Source: a virus. From it: a stretch of DNA of 36,032 bases. Position numbers and translations under genes: made by a program. Shown one piece after another: positions 25,784-35,088 of the stretch. The stretch lies in UHGV virus genome UHGV-0254045; one strand, written 5' to 3'. The notes beneath the pieces were generated by a model. It was given only the letters and a program-made list of their open reading frames with translations. It made no database searches and was not told the origin of the DNA. Each line of letters begins with the position of its first letter. Within the stretch, counting starts at the first letter, position 1.

Positions 25784-27122
25784 ACCGAAAACTGAATACG
25801 CATACAGTGCGAAGCAACGTAGGGTTTTAAGGAACGCGCATTGTCGATGGAATATTCTGTACGGAGCTACGCGAAGCGGAAAATCAAAAGTGTCTTACAG
25901 TACGGCATTACTGCATATCGCGGAGCATTATCACGACAATATTTTATTTGCCGGAAAGACGCTGAACACGTTGGATCGGAACGTATTTGAGGAAATGCGT
26001 AAAGACTTCGGCGAACGGAATATCGGAAAGCTTGTAGATAAAAAAGAAATTACGATATTCGGCAAACGTTGTTATTGCGTCGGGGCAAACGATGACCGGG
26101 CAATAACGAAAATACAGGGTTTAGGCATTGGGTACGCATACCTTGACGAGCTTACAACATACCCGGAAAACTTTTTCAATATGTTGAAATCTCGTTTGGA
26201 TGCGCCGAATGCGTGTTGCGATGCGACATGCAATCCGGAAGCACCTTCGCATTTCGTAAAACAGTTCATAGATAAAATCAGCAAAGACAAGCCGGAGGAT
26301 ATGTATGCGGAGCATTTTACAATATACGATAATCCGTTTCTTGATCCGAAATTTGTAGCTTCGCTTGAAACTGAGTATCGAGGTACGATTTATTTCGATA
26401 AATGGATACTTGGTAAATGGGTGAAATCAGAAGGGCTTGTTTTTCCTTTGTTTCGTCGAGAGCGACATTATATGAAGCCGGAGCGATTCTCCGAGCTTTA
26501 CGGACGGCATCGGATTTTACGCGTAATATGGGGCGGAGACGGAGCAACGACAAACGATGCAACGGCGATTATACCTCTTGCGATAATGGATAATGGGCAG
26601 GGAGTTGTTTTAGAGCCGTTTTATCACAATCCGAAAATCAATGGACAGTTATCCAACGAGCAGTTGATTCCGTATATACGTAAGTATATCGAAGATATGG
26701 AAAAACAGTACAAATTTGCGCGAAACGGTACGGAGTTTTGTATGGCGGTCGATTGCGCGGCTTCTGACCTTGTAATAACTCTTGCCTATCATTTGCCGAG
26801 TTATTTCAACGTGCACAAATATACGAAAAAAGACATACAGCTGACAACCGATATAGTGAACAATGCGTTTTCACGTAATGCGCTTGCGATCCTTGATTTC
26901 GGAGGTTATTACAATTACGTACGAGGCGAATTTGTGCAAGGCGATATGCAGCTTGTAATTGATCTTGAAAGTATGACGTGGGATGAAACGAATCCTTTGA
27001 AATACGATCCGAAAGTGCCGAACGACTGTGCAGACGCATTCAGGTATGCGGTTTGTACGTATTACATAAACCCTGACAATTTATGGGAGACGCCCGAAAT
27101 GAGAAATTACGGCGGAGGTTAA
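25776..27122 (+). CDS. terL: Terminase large subunit (PBSX-like)
   Basis: GATRSGKS Walker A; AYLDE Walker B; ATCNPEAPSH; HFTIYDNPFL; C-terminal NDCADAFRY. Confidence 0.95.
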   Translation: MIKPKTEYAYSAKQRRVLRNAHCRWNILYGATRSGKSKVSYSTALLHIAEHYHDNILFAGKTLNTLDRNVFEEMRKDFGERNIGKLVDKKEITIFGKRCYCVGANDDRAITKIQGLGIGYAYLDELTTYPENFFNMLKSRLDAPNACCDATCNPEAPSHFVKQFIDKISKDKPEDMYAEHFTIYDNPFLDPKFVASLETEYRGTIYFDKWILGKWVKSEGLVFPLFRRERHYMKPERFSELYGRHRILRVIWGGDGATTNDATAIIPLAIMDNGQGVVLEPFYHNPKINGQLSNEQLIPYIRKYIEDMEKQYKFARNGTEFCMAVDCAASDLVITLAYHLPSYFNVHKYTKKDIQLTTDIVNNAFSRNALAILDFGGYYNYVRGEFVQGDMQLVIDLESMTWDETNPLKYDPKVPNDCADAFRYAVCTYYINPDNLWETPEMRNYGGG

Positions 27123-27127
27123 GAAAC

Positions 27128-28828
27128 ATGGAAGGAAACAATGAAATAATTTTTAACGGAGACGAATTTGCGCCGTGGCAATCGGGAAGTGCATTCAATA
27201 CGTATTGGCAGTATGCGTATATAACGCGGGCTGCGTTCTACGCGAATATCGAGCAGCAGTACCGTGAATATATGACGCGATGGGTACAAAATTCGTTATA
27301 CTGGTACGATGGCTGGGTGCCGTATTTTCATAAAGGTTCGGACGGAATCTTTTCAACCCGGATCGGTTCAGCGCTTGTATCCGGAGCGGCAAAGAAAGTA
27401 ATCGGCGGAAGAATTTTTTACAAAAATGCCAACAGAGAGAAAGAGAACGCGGGAGAAATTAACGAGGCGTTACATTTTATATCTTCCGAATGGTCCGTCA
27501 AATCGCGGTTTGCACGTGAAATCAAACGTGTAACGGAATTTGCGGCGGCTGCAGGCACGGCGCTTTTAAAACTGAATAAAGATGACAAAGGACTGTGGGC
27601 AGAAGCGCTTCGATTCGATAGTTTTTATCCATCGGTCGGGGCAAGAGGAAAACTGCTGGAAGTCTATTGTTTTATTCGGAATTTTGTGAAAACTTTTCCT
27701 AAAAGCAACGGTGGGAAAAATATATCGTCTTATTATATCGTTGAACACCGATATTTCGGAGATTATGTCCACTTGGACGGTAAGGTTACAAAAAATGCTC
27801 CGCTTTGTGAGTATATAATACGTCGAAGCACGGGTACGGTTGTAACCGGGGAAGATTATACGCTTCATGGAGAACGTGTTAAGTTTGCATCTTTACCGCC
27901 AGCGATGCGAAGCAATATCGGAAAGGCTTATCAGGGCATAATGTTTGATAAACCGATTTTGCTTCCGTTTGCAGATCATCTCGGTGCGGTGCTTGTAAAC
28001 TGGACGGAAAGCGTTTCCAACCTTCCCGAACTTCCGTTCGGCGATTCGTTACTTTCAAACATTACGGCTTATTTGCAGGCTTACGATTATTATTTCTCGG
28101 CGTTTTGTACGGATATGTACAATGGGCGGGGTAAAGTCCTTATGCCTGCTTATATGTCGAAAGATAACAATGAGAACGGCTATTACCAAGGCGCAAACGG
28201 CTGGTGTTTTGCAAAAATGCCGCCTGCACCAAACGAAGAAAATAATAAGCCGATGTCGATACAATTCGAACTGAGGTCTACGGAATGGAAAGAAATTCGG
28301 GATACGCTTATGCAAAACATAGCGATCAATACTCGAATGAACATTTCTACGATTGCATCGTTTTTGCAAGATAATACTTCGCAAAAAACAGCGAGAGAGA
28401 TTTCCACGGAAGAAAGCGAAACGGCATTGTTTGTGGACGATAAGCGTGAAATCATCGAAAAGCCTATAAATGAGCTGTTGCAGATTGTTTTACGCTTTTA
28501 TGGTTATCAGGACGACGTCGTGATTCGATGGTCGCAGGCGGGACTTTCAAATGTTTATACGCGTACAGAAATGATTGCTACTGCTGTGAGCAACGGTTTT
28601 TGTTCAAAGTATAAAGCGGTGCAAATGTTTGATCAGGATGATGACGAATATCAGATCGCCGAAGAATACGCGCGTTGCGAAAAAGATTCTCAGAAAGCAA
28701 ATTTCGGTGGAATGTCTTTTACAGACAGTGATTATTTCGGCGAGAATAAATTGCAAGACGTACAAAACGGAAATACAAGGGCGCAAGGGGTAGAAAACGA
28801 AAATGCAGATAGAGAAAGATCGGTATAA
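27128..28828 (+). CDS. Portal protein
   Basis: Follows terL; RBS ggagg before ATG 27128; PFGDSLL, QFELRSTEW, KTAREI.TE motifs of A118/SPP1-type portals. Confidence 0.85.
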   Translation: MEGNNEIIFNGDEFAPWQSGSAFNTYWQYAYITRAAFYANIEQQYREYMTRWVQNSLYWYDGWVPYFHKGSDGIFSTRIGSALVSGAAKKVIGGRIFYKNANREKENAGEINEALHFISSEWSVKSRFAREIKRVTEFAAAAGTALLKLNKDDKGLWAEALRFDSFYPSVGARGKLLEVYCFIRNFVKTFPKSNGGKNISSYYIVEHRYFGDYVHLDGKVTKNAPLCEYIIRRSTGTVVTGEDYTLHGERVKFASLPPAMRSNIGKAYQGIMFDKPILLPFADHLGAVLVNWTESVSNLPELPFGDSLLSNITAYLQAYDYYFSAFCTDMYNGRGKVLMPAYMSKDNNENGYYQGANGWCFAKMPPAPNEENNKPMSIQFELRSTEWKEIRDTLMQNIAINTRMNISTIASFLQDNTSQKTAREISTEESETALFVDDKREIIEKPINELLQIVLRFYGYQDDVVIRWSQAGLSNVYTRTEMIATAVSNGFCSKYKAVQMFDQDDDEYQIAEEYARCEKDSQKANFGGMSFTDSDYFGENKLQDVQNGNTRAQGVENENADRERSV

Positions 28829-29837
28829 TCCGTATGTCGTATTGATAGAAAATGCGCAGAGCGCCGTTCGGGAAATCGTAAAAAACGCGTTTTTGACTGA
28901 AGAACCGAAAGCAACGACGGAAAAGAAACTGATAACATCGATTCGCGCTGTAACCTCAAAAATCACGATAAATGACCTGCGAAGCGCAGTAGCGCGCTCG
29001 CTGGGAAATTATGCGAACGTACAACGGAAAAGTTGGAAAAGCATAGGCTTATCGCCCGTAACGATATATTTTCTGCTTTCACAATCGGAAAATAAAAAAC
29101 GGGCAACCGACAACGTGCAACCGCCGAGAAACGCTACGGTGAAACGAGAGTTAAAACTCGGCGGTACGTATGAAGGCGGCAGGGCGTTGGGCGTTCCGCT
29201 CGGAAAGTATTACGACGACGTGTGGAAAAAGAAAATCAAGCCCGTGCTTGATGAATTATCGAACGAACGTGCGCTGGATCCGGACGATTATTCCGGTCGG
29301 AATTCTCTTCGGAACCGAGCCGAAATGGAAGTGCGCTATCATGATCATTTAGATAGTGAAAAAACACTTCGGGAAAGCGGCGTGAAGTTGGTAGTGGCTT
29401 CATCGCACGCCGATTGCTCGAAACGTTGTGCGCCGTGGCAAGGCAGGATATATTCGCTCGACCATACAAGCGGGCGTATCGACGGGCATTATTATGTGCC
29501 GTTGGAAGAATCGACCGACGTGTGGTACACCACGAAAGCGGGAAAGCGGTATAAAAACGGGTTACTCGGATTTAATTGCCGTCATAGGATCGAAGAATAC
29601 AAGGGCGAACTTTTGCCGAGAGTATCTGAACAGGAACGCAAAAAAGAGTACGCAATCACGGAACGGCAACGGGCTTTGGAAGGCGCGGTTCGAAAATGGA
29701 AATACATTGCGGAAACCGCGTTGAAAAAAGCGGATATACAACACGCGAAAAGGTGTGCGGAAATCGCATACGACGAGTATTTGAAATTCTGCAGAGAAAA
29801 CGATCGCCCGGCTTATCCGATGCGGGTGAGAATATAA
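28803..29837 (+). CDS. Phage minor capsid protein (MuF-related), short form without a toxin extension
   Basis: VASSHADCSKRCAPWQGRIYS, GLLGFNCRH, QRALEGAVRKWK. Confidence 0.85.
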   Translation: MQIEKDRYNPYVVLIENAQSAVREIVKNAFLTEEPKATTEKKLITSIRAVTSKITINDLRSAVARSLGNYANVQRKSWKSIGLSPVTIYFLLSQSENKKRATDNVQPPRNATVKRELKLGGTYEGGRALGVPLGKYYDDVWKKKIKPVLDELSNERALDPDDYSGRNSLRNRAEMEVRYHDHLDSEKTLRESGVKLVVASSHADCSKRCAPWQGRIYSLDHTSGRIDGHYYVPLEESTDVWYTTKAGKRYKNGLLGFNCRHRIEEYKGELLPRVSEQERKKEYAITERQRALEGAVRKWKYIAETALKKADIQHAKRCAEIAYDEYLKFCRENDRPAYPMRVRI

Positions 29838-30053
29838 AAACGGTATTAAGCGAGAGTGTGAGGAACGCCTCGCTTTTATTATACAAAAAAGCCCGGCACA
29901 AGGCTTTAAAATGGTGCGCGTTGACCGTTTATTCTGTCATAGGTGGACCGTTCGGCGGTCGTAGACATTGGCGTTAAGGAATTGAAACGAAGGGCGCAAC
30001 TATAAAGCAAATCCATGGATAAAAGAACAAAGAAGAAGGAGAAAAGACAAATT

Positions 30054-30716
30054 ATGTTCGGATTTAAGAAAAAGACGGTGGACGAAATTCTTGCCGCAAT
30101 CGAAAAACTCTCGGACGAGGATAAAAAAAGCCTTATTTCGTCGTTGAACGGAGAAAGTCCGCAAGGCGAACCGCCCGAAAGTGAATTGTCGGCTGAAGAG
30201 ACAGCTTCGACCGCCGGGGAACAGACAGACGAACAAACGACGAGCGAACCGCCGGCAACCGATGACTTACAGGATGCTTCGGATACTGCCGAAAGTGAGG
30301 TCGCTGCGGATGAAGATCCGGCGCAAGAAGAGACATCTGAATCGGGTGTAAAATCGACACCCGAAAACGCAGAGACTGCGGAAGGCGGAACGGAACAGCT
30401 TGCCGATGAAAATTCGGCAGTGCTGGGAGAATCTGTGCCGGATATACTGCCCGCGGATACGCCGACAGAGAATGCACAAGCGCAAAATCCGGCGGACAAT
30501 TCGCAAGAATTGTTTGCCGCGCAGAATGCAAAAATCGAAGCGCTGGAAAGCCAGATTGCGGCAATGCAGGAAATGCTCGATAATATCGTATCTGCGGCAG
30601 ATCAACAGAATTTCGGCAGTAGCCCGCAAGCCGATTTTGACGATGAGGAACGTTCCTCTCGATACAGCAGCGTTTTGCAGAACTATGCAGGACGGCGGGC
30701 AAGAAATTATCAATAA
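30054..30716 (+). CDS. Capsid scaffolding protein (putative)
   Basis: Very acidic low-complexity protein with a C-terminal coiled coil immediately before the major capsid gene; RBS aaggag before ATG 30054. Confidence 0.65.
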   Translation: MFGFKKKTVDEILAAIEKLSDEDKKSLISSLNGESPQGEPPESELSAEETASTAGEQTDEQTTSEPPATDDLQDASDTAESEVAADEDPAQEETSESGVKSTPENAETAEGGTEQLADENSAVLGESVPDILPADTPTENAQAQNPADNSQELFAAQNAKIEALESQIAAMQEMLDNIVSAADQQNFGSSPQADFDDEERSSRYSSVLQNYAGRRARNYQ

Positions 30717-30749
30717 AAAATTATAACAAACAAGGAGAATTAAAAAATT

Positions 30750-31871
30750 ATGAGCGTTTTATTCGCAGACATTAAAACCCCCTATATCGACACTTTGACC
30801 ACGCGTCGGGTACTTTCCCCGGCGGTGAAGGAAAACATTTTTCAGGGCTTATTCACGAAGCCGGACGAAGCGGTTACCGAGCAGTTTTCGGAAGATACCG
30901 ACGCTTCCGAAATTCAGGTGCTTCGCGTAAAGCCTTCGGAAAACAATGCTCGTGAAATCGGTTCGGAGAAAAACGGCGATTGGTTCAACAGCGAGGAACC
31001 GGTGGAATCTTCGACTGCCGCGTACGGCATTCAGATTTTGCAGACGATTGACCGACAGATTGACATTCCTACCAACGCGCAGGATATGGTTTCCGTTGAT
31101 TTGCTCGAAGCGGAAACGAAGAATCTGACCGGACTTATCAATCGAAACATCAACGCCGCGACCATTGCGGCGCAGCTCGCAAAAAACTTCAACAATATTG
31201 CGGGCGTCGATAAGAAAAATTCCACTTCGGCGGCTGAAATCATTACCGCTGTTGAGAAAAACTGGGTAACGGTATCGAACGGTAAGTTTACCGATGCGTT
31301 TATCGATGCGGCGGCGAAGCTTGACGAAGGTAATTCCGACGAAGGCATTGATGCCTATCCAGCCGATATGCGCTGCTGCATCGTTCGTCCTACGGCGAAA
31401 GCCGCGACGATTAAAGCGATGACCGCGCTTTATGGCGGTGTCGGCGTGTTCGACGTGCTGAAAAACGGCGGCGTTGATAGAGATACCAAACCTGCTGTCG
31501 CCACTACCGGTTATATCGGGAATTTCCTTGATATGAACTTCTATTGCGGCAGTGCGGTCGTGTTTAAGCTCGTTGAAAAATATCTCGGTCTGAGCGCCGG
31601 GGCTCTCGACGATCTTGCAGGCATTATGGTTTCCGGCACTGGCACAGGGCGTGCTTTGGCATTCAATTCGAAAATCAAAGATATTCCTTGCCCCAAAGGT
31701 CAGGGCATTCGTTTACAGCCTAAATACCGTTTCGGTGTGGAGTGCTGGGATGCACTTTCCGTGGTGCCTATTTTCTCGAAGTCGTTCACGAATCCCGTAT
31801 CCGGCGCAGACAACGACAAGCTCAAAGCGGCGGCGTTATATGTACGCGGTATCGGTTCGCGCGCTTCCTGA
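30750..31871 (+). CDS. Major capsid protein
   Basis: 373 aa, strong RBS, position after scaffold; AAAKLDE...P...R.CIV.P and QPKYRFGVE HK97-fold-like motifs. Confidence 0.8.
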   Translation: MSVLFADIKTPYIDTLTTRRVLSPAVKENIFQGLFTKPDEAVTEQFSEDTDASEIQVLRVKPSENNAREIGSEKNGDWFNSEEPVESSTAAYGIQILQTIDRQIDIPTNAQDMVSVDLLEAETKNLTGLINRNINAATIAAQLAKNFNNIAGVDKKNSTSAAEIITAVEKNWVTVSNGKFTDAFIDAAAKLDEGNSDEGIDAYPADMRCCIVRPTAKAATIKAMTALYGGVGVFDVLKNGGVDRDTKPAVATTGYIGNFLDMNFYCGSAVVFKLVEKYLGLSAGALDDLAGIMVSGTGTGRALAFNSKIKDIPCPKGQGIRLQPKYRFGVECWDALSVVPIFSKSFTNPVSGADNDKLKAAALYVRGIGSRAS

Positions 31872-31970
31872 TAAGGGAAGAATTTCCGCTTAGCGGCGTT
31901 TTTTATCGGGGTTTTGAGCGTTATCAAAATCCTGTACCATTGAATTTGTATTTCGGAGGAATCAACAATC

Positions 31971-33626
31971 ATGAGAGAGTTTCGCATCAATACGCCGTAT
32001 TCGCAGATAATGAAATCTACCGCCGAACCGGAAGGTGGAGAAAACGAAGGGGAGAACAGTGAGCCGCAAGGAGCTGGCGGACACGGCAACCGTTATTCGC
32101 TTCCATATGGCTTATGCGAGAGTGTAGGCATAGATACGCAAGGCATGACTCCGCGGGAAGCATGGGATGCTTGGACGAGCAAAACAGGGCGTACAAAGGA
32201 AGATGCCGAAAGAGAGCATTGGGGAAAAACCGCGAACGAGAAACAACCCGCTGAGAAAGAAGAGAAAAGCACGACATATAGTGCGCAGAAGGGTGATACG
32301 ATTACTTCGGGCGGAATGAAATTAAAAATTGTAGACGTCTCGGCAGACGGCGAAAAAATTCTTGCCGAAATTCTTGAAGGGAAAAGTCCGAGCGGACTTC
32401 GCAAGCCGGGTGATAAAATTTTATTTCATAAAAATTCTCCGCTTGCCAAACAGGCACAAAAGCAAGGTGAGAACAGCGAACAAGTTGCCGAGGATAAACA
32501 GATCGGGCAAGGAAAAGAAATTCCTGTAAAGGAAAATGGCGGCGTTTACGGGCAATCTGCGGGCGAAACGGAACAATCTCAAAAAACAGGTTCCCCGCAG
32601 AGTCAGCCGCCGGAAACGAAGGGTGGGGAGCATATGTTCGTTGCTCAAAGGGGCGAAGTAAGCGAAGATTACGCGCGAAGAGCGAAAGAGGCATATTCTT
32701 TCAGTGATTATCGGAGCGGAAGCGCAACGGCGAGCTATAATTCGGATGTATCAAGATTCGAAAACACCGTGAACGAGCTTATAGAACGCTATAAGAACAA
32801 TGACACATTAACCGATGAGGATTGGGCGAAGGTAGAAGCGATCGCCGCCCGATATTCTTCTAATCTTGCAAACTTTACAAATGAATACAACCGAACCGAG
32901 GCAAGTTATCCGTCTTGGGTTATCACAGGTCCGGCACGATATAATACGCGTAAAAACGACGCGAAACAAAGCCGTTTACGCAGTTTATATCAGGCAAACG
33001 AAAACAGGCTCGATCCAGATAAGAACGTGTACTTAGATAAAATCAAGGGCATTTTGAGCAACACAAGCATAAAGTCAAACGACGGAAACGCGATCGCCAA
33101 ATTGCAGAAAAAATACGACGACTTAAAGGCTGAGCTTGAAAACGGAAAAGCGATGAACGCGTATTTCCGCAAAAACAAAACTCTTGTAGGATTCCCCGGA
33201 ATCACCGAAGCATCGGCAAAAGCGTTTGACGCAAAGAACGCTTCCGGAGATTATTTTTCCCGTCAACCGTTCGCGGCGTATAGGCTGCAAAACGGAAACG
33301 CGGAATTGCACAGAATACAAGCCCGTATCAATACGCTGAACAAAGCAAAAGCTCAAGCAGAAGAGGCAAAAGCGAACCCGCAAGCGGCTGCAGAAGCTAC
33401 GGCGGCGAAATATCCGAAAGTGGATGGTGTAGAAGTACAGGAAAATGCCGAGGAAATGCGTGTGCAGCTGCGTTTTCCCGGCAAGCCGGACGAACAGACG
33501 CGCACGCTTCTGAAATCGCACGGATTCCGCTGGTCTCCAACGCAAGGCGCGTGGCAACGTCAGCTGAACGGCAACGGAACTTATGCTGCGCGGCAGGTAA
33601 TGAAAACTCTCGCAAGTAAAGAGTGA
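31971..33626 (+). CDS. Multidomain protein: short leader, GGHGN..LPYGLC domain, linker, DUF3560-like polyvalent-protein domain
   Basis: RBS ggagg; ARRAKEAYSFSDYRSGSATA, PSWVITGPARY, IKSNDGNAIAKL, YRLQNGNAELHRI, FPGKPDEQTRTLLKSHGFRWSPTQGAWQRQL. Confidence 0.7.
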   Translation: MREFRINTPYSQIMKSTAEPEGGENEGENSEPQGAGGHGNRYSLPYGLCESVGIDTQGMTPREAWDAWTSKTGRTKEDAEREHWGKTANEKQPAEKEEKSTTYSAQKGDTITSGGMKLKIVDVSADGEKILAEILEGKSPSGLRKPGDKILFHKNSPLAKQAQKQGENSEQVAEDKQIGQGKEIPVKENGGVYGQSAGETEQSQKTGSPQSQPPETKGGEHMFVAQRGEVSEDYARRAKEAYSFSDYRSGSATASYNSDVSRFENTVNELIERYKNNDTLTDEDWAKVEAIAARYSSNLANFTNEYNRTEASYPSWVITGPARYNTRKNDAKQSRLRSLYQANENRLDPDKNVYLDKIKGILSNTSIKSNDGNAIAKLQKKYDDLKAELENGKAMNAYFRKNKTLVGFPGITEASAKAFDAKNASGDYFSRQPFAAYRLQNGNAELHRIQARINTLNKAKAQAEEAKANPQAAAEATAAKYPKVDGVEVQENAEEMRVQLRFPGKPDEQTRTLLKSHGFRWSPTQGAWQRQLNGNGTYAARQVMKTLASKE

Positions 33627-33637
33627 GGTTGAGCTTT

Positions 33638-34450
33638 ATGGAAGAAAAGGACAACGGTTATTGGTTTACAACCGAAAACGGCGTACATATTCACGTGAAC
33701 GAGGGTGAAACACCGGAAGAAGCAACAAATAAATTTTTTGGAAAAAGTAAAGAATATCGGCAAAACACCTCTTATGCAGAGCTGACGAAAGAAAATGCAA
33801 ATTTGCAAGAGAATCTGCAATCGCAGTTGACGGAAGAAGAGCGTGCAACTTTACGTTCTTATAAAATTCCAAAAGAACCGATTATAAGGAAGCCTGCAGA
33901 TGCGGAAAAATGGAAGAAATACGATCAAGACTACACAATATACATGCAAAAAGAACCGAAAATCACAGCGGACATGGATAAAATTTCCGAGGAAACGGGT
34001 ATGCCATTGATCGGTCGTGATTTTCGATTGAAGAGTAAAGGAAGTTACGACAGAAAGGTAAATGATAAACGATTAAACGGCGAATACAAGCCGCTCGGAG
34101 ATGTGATTCGTTATACGTTTGAACACCCTTTTGAAAATTCTTCGAAAAAAATTAAAGAAAATCTTGACAAATTGAAAAAATACGGTTATAATATAAGTGC
34201 AATCGATAATAAGTGGAAAGACGACGGCGCATATAATGGTATTAACGTTGATGTTGTTTCACCCGATGGCATTCCGATGGAAATTCAGTATACGACGAAA
34301 CACAATGCCGCAGTAAAAGAAGAAATGCACGTTTCGTATGAAATACTGAGAGATCGTCGAACTCCCGAAAACATTCGGGTGCTTGCGGAAAGGCAAATGC
34401 AAGAGATTGCAAAAAAGTGGGTTAAGCCGAAAGACATTGAGGAGGTATAA
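33638..34450 (+). CDS. RelA/SpoT-type small alarmone synthetase toxin (Apk2-like) with a WFTTENGVHI leader
   Basis: Synthetase motifs RLKSKGSYDRK, DVIRYT, YNGIN, EIQYTT, HVSYE; ATG 33638 after gaggt. Confidence 0.8.
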   Translation: MEEKDNGYWFTTENGVHIHVNEGETPEEATNKFFGKSKEYRQNTSYAELTKENANLQENLQSQLTEEERATLRSYKIPKEPIIRKPADAEKWKKYDQDYTIYMQKEPKITADMDKISEETGMPLIGRDFRLKSKGSYDRKVNDKRLNGEYKPLGDVIRYTFEHPFENSSKKIKENLDKLKKYGYNISAIDNKWKDDGAYNGINVDVVSPDGIPMEIQYTTKHNAAVKEEMHVSYEILRDRRTPENIRVLAERQMQEIAKKWVKPKDIEEV

Positions 34451-34455
34451 TTGGT

Positions 34456-34575
34456 ATGAAAATCGAGTACAGCGAAGAAGAATTGAAGTATTTGAAAGGA
34501 CACGGAATCGAACCGTACAGCGAAGTTAAACTTACCGAGGAAGCCTACGACGATATGTTCGATTGGGAGGAATAA
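34456..34575 (+). CDS. 39-aa acidic protein, candidate immunity protein (IapK position)
   Basis: RBS ggaggt at 34441; MKIEYSEEELKYLKGHGIEPYSEVKLTEEAYDDMFDWEE; exactly fills the gap between synthetase and hydrolase. Confidence 0.7.
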   Translation: MKIEYSEEELKYLKGHGIEPYSEVKLTEEAYDDMFDWEE

Positions 34576-34576
34576 C

Positions 34577-35014
34577 TTGGACTTAATCAGAAAAGCGTTA
34601 GAAGTGGCTATCAAAGCGCATAAAGGCGTTGTCGGAAAAGACGGTCTCGATTATGTTTTTCATCCGATTACGGTTGCATTGAAGTGCAAAACGGACGATG
34701 AAAAAGTGGTTGCGTTGTTGCACGACGTCGTGGAAGATACGCCGACTACGCTTGACGATTTAAGAAAAGAGGGCTTTCCCGAATATATCGTAGAAGCTGT
34801 GGACGCCGTTACAAGGCATAAACCCGCCGAACAAAACGGAGACGGACGCTGGGCGTATATAAAGCGGTGTAAAGCCAACCCGATTGCGCGGGCGGTGAAG
34901 CTTGCGGATTTGGAACATAACAGCGATTTAAGCCGTATTCCGAACCCTACGGAGAAAATGCGCAAGAGGATACTTGAAGAATATCCGAAGGAAATCGAGT
35001 TTTTGAAGAACTGA
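34577..35014 (+). CDS. HD-domain small alarmone hydrolase (Aph1/Mesh1-like)
   Basis: AIKAHKG...DYVFHPITVA...VALLHDVVEDT...VKLADLEHNSDLSR; TTG start after ggagg. Confidence 0.9.
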   Translation: MDLIRKALEVAIKAHKGVVGKDGLDYVFHPITVALKCKTDDEKVVALLHDVVEDTPTTLDDLRKEGFPEYIVEAVDAVTRHKPAEQNGDGRWAYIKRCKANPIARAVKLADLEHNSDLSRIPNPTEKMRKRILEEYPKEIEFLKN

Positions 35015-35033
35015 AAATCGACAATTAAAGACG

Positions 35034-35072
35034 AAAAGCATTTTTGCATTTGACTGCAAAAATGCTTTTTTT
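35034..35072. terminator. Bidirectional terminator containing copy 4 of the TTGCA palindrome
   Basis: 15-bp perfect stem aaaagcatttttgca / tgcaaaaatgctttt between convergent genes. Confidence 0.8.
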
Positions 35073-35088
35073 ATGCCGATTTTATTCT

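Noticed and set aside
33600..33640. Read-through or frameshift fusion of the 551-aa protein to the synthetase
   Set aside because: Different frames, no evident slippery heptamer, and the downstream gene has its own RBS and ATG
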